This document shows positions 62,418 through 64,000 of a stretch of 64,000 nucleotides of DNA, piece by piece. Source of the DNA: Amphiscolops sp. MND2022 (lineage: Eukaryota); contig OZ076409.1 in assembly GCA_964187785.1 (NCBI GenBank), forward strand, positions 66,714,001 through 66,778,000, given 5' to 3'. Each line of letters begins with the position of its first letter. Within the stretch, counting starts at the first letter, position 1. Below the pieces are notes generated by a model, which was not told where the DNA came from, made no database searches, and worked only from the letters and a program-made list of their open reading frames with translations. Made by a program: the position numbers and the translations under genes.

Positions 62418-64000
62418 TTTTTTAGTCGGCGCTTTTATTAATAAAAGAGCCCGACTATTACAGTCACTCGTTTTTTAGTCGGCGCTTTTATTAATAAAAG
62501 AGCCCGACTATTACAGTCACTCGTTTTTTTAGTCGGCGCTTTTATTAATAAAAGAGCCCGACTATTACAGTCACTCGTTTTTTTTTAATTTAAGACAGAC
62601 TCGAAGCGACGAACGTTAAAATTAACGTTCAACTACTAAATACAGTACTAAACTACTGGACCGGCAAAGGCAAACGGGGAGCGCATTTAGGATAGTGCAA
62701 AGGGTCCCCCCTTTCAGTTACTCCTTTTTTATTGTAAGATACAAAACAGGACGAGACTATAGGGTTTGACTTTTTTCGGCACTGTGCGACTTTTTCGAAT
62801 TTTTTTGTCTCCAAAGGGTCCCCCCTTCAAGTTTTTTGATATTTTACAGCAAATTGAAGTTTCAAAAAGCCCAAAGGGTCTCCCCTTTCAAGTTTTTCGG
62901 CACTATGAGACTGGCTCAAAATTCTTATTTTTCGATTTTTCTTTTTTTTTCAAAAAACCCAAAGGGTCCCCCCTTTTACAATTTCAAAAAGTTTGAGCTT
63001 TATGAGCCTTAGATATGGCGCCGACTTTAGACGTTCCCGTCTTGTTTTTCTTTTTTTTCAAGACAGACTCGAAGCGACGAACGTTAACGTTCAGTATCTT
63101 CAACTAAAGGAAACTAAACGAATACCCCGGAAACGCATTTAAGTTATTCCAAAGGGTCCCCCTTTGGTTTTTAGTCGGCGCTTCATGAAGTGAAACGCGA
63201 CTATTATAGTGACTTTTTTTCTATCCGCACGAACTGACCAAAATAGTTCTTGAAGTTCTACCAAATATTATGGTGTCAAATTGCACCATTTGGCCGAGCG
63301 AACTGGACCAAAATGGTTTTCCCTATTTTTCAGCGTAACATACCATACCGGGCAACGCCAAAGGGTCCCCCCTTTCAATTTTTTCGGCACTGCGAGACAT
63401 TTTTTTCCCCAAAGGGGCCCCCCTGCATTTTTTTTCATGCTTTGCGACAGAATGGATGTTGAAAAACCTCAAAGGGTCCCCCCTTTCAGTTTTTCGGTAT
63501 GTGAGACATTTTTTAATTTTTTTCTCCAAAGGGCCCCCCTTCAACTGCGACAAAAATGTTGACAATTTCGGAAGTGTCCCCCGTTTAGCGCGCCAGGGGC
63601 TCGCGCTAGCGGGCACCGGCGCGCCACTCGGTCCAATATTTTTTGCCTTTTCGATTTTCGAGTACTGTAAATTGACACTTGCTATTTTTGACAAGTCCTT
63701 TTGCTATTTTTGAGCCTTGGATATGGCGCCGACTTAGGCCGGTCCCGGCTTGTTTACTTTTTAAACGTTACCTACAAACCTGGACGGGACTAAAGGGTCC
63801 CCCCTTTCGATTTTTTTTCGGCACTGTGCGACTTTTTTTGAAAATTTTTTGTCTCCAAAGGGTCCCCCTACGATTTTATTGAAGTCTCCCTCGCAATATC
63901 CGGAGTTAAGCGCTAAATCCGAACTTTTGACGTTATATCCGAACTATATTGCTTTTTCGTAAGGAGGAGGCGGAGGTTCGAAAACAGGACTTTTTCATGA
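62418..64000 (+). mobile_element. Cluster of Helentron/HINE-like elements (62418-63046, 63168-63754, partials)
   Basis: Triplicated ~53-bp 5' hairpin TTTTAGTCGGCGCTTTTATTAATAAAAGAGCCCGACTATTACAGTCACTCG. Many AAAGGGTCCCCC motifs. 3' ends GGCGCCGACTTTAGACGTTCCCGTCTTGTT and GGCGCCGACTTAGGCCGGTCCCGGCTTGTT. Confidence 0.85.

Noticed and set aside
62418..62580. Three palindromic ~53-bp repeats (CRISPR- or terminator-like)
   Set aside because: No spacers. They are the amplified 5' hairpin of the HINE-like family.

Overview
AT-rich eukaryotic DNA, almost certainly from an invertebrate animal (GT-AG introns, an HP1 gene, a class A GPCR-like ORF). The species cannot be determined from sequence alone. 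Transposons dominate, often nested. They include four decayed Ty3/Gypsy elements (one carrying an SGNH-hydrolase-like extra ORF), a young tandem Ty1/Copia array with three LTRs, two copies of a CRE-like RT/restriction-like-endonuclease retroelement, one apparently intact 1.8-kb hAT transposon with a CGGBP1-like DNA-binding region, MITEs with 2-, 8- and 9-bp or TA target duplications, and at least 7 copies of a Helentron/HINE-like family. Host genes are a two-coding-exon HP1-family gene (the chromoshadow exon is missed by the ORF track), an intronless GPCR-like ORF with only about 5 TM segments, the 3' exons of an unidentified minus-strand gene, and a few weaker exon candidates. The most unusual observation is that the CRE-like non-LTR element at 41368-53469 is bracketed by long inverted repeats. 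No prokaryotic systems, CRISPR arrays, rRNAs or intact tRNAs were seen. All alignments were done by eye, so identities are approximate unless counted.
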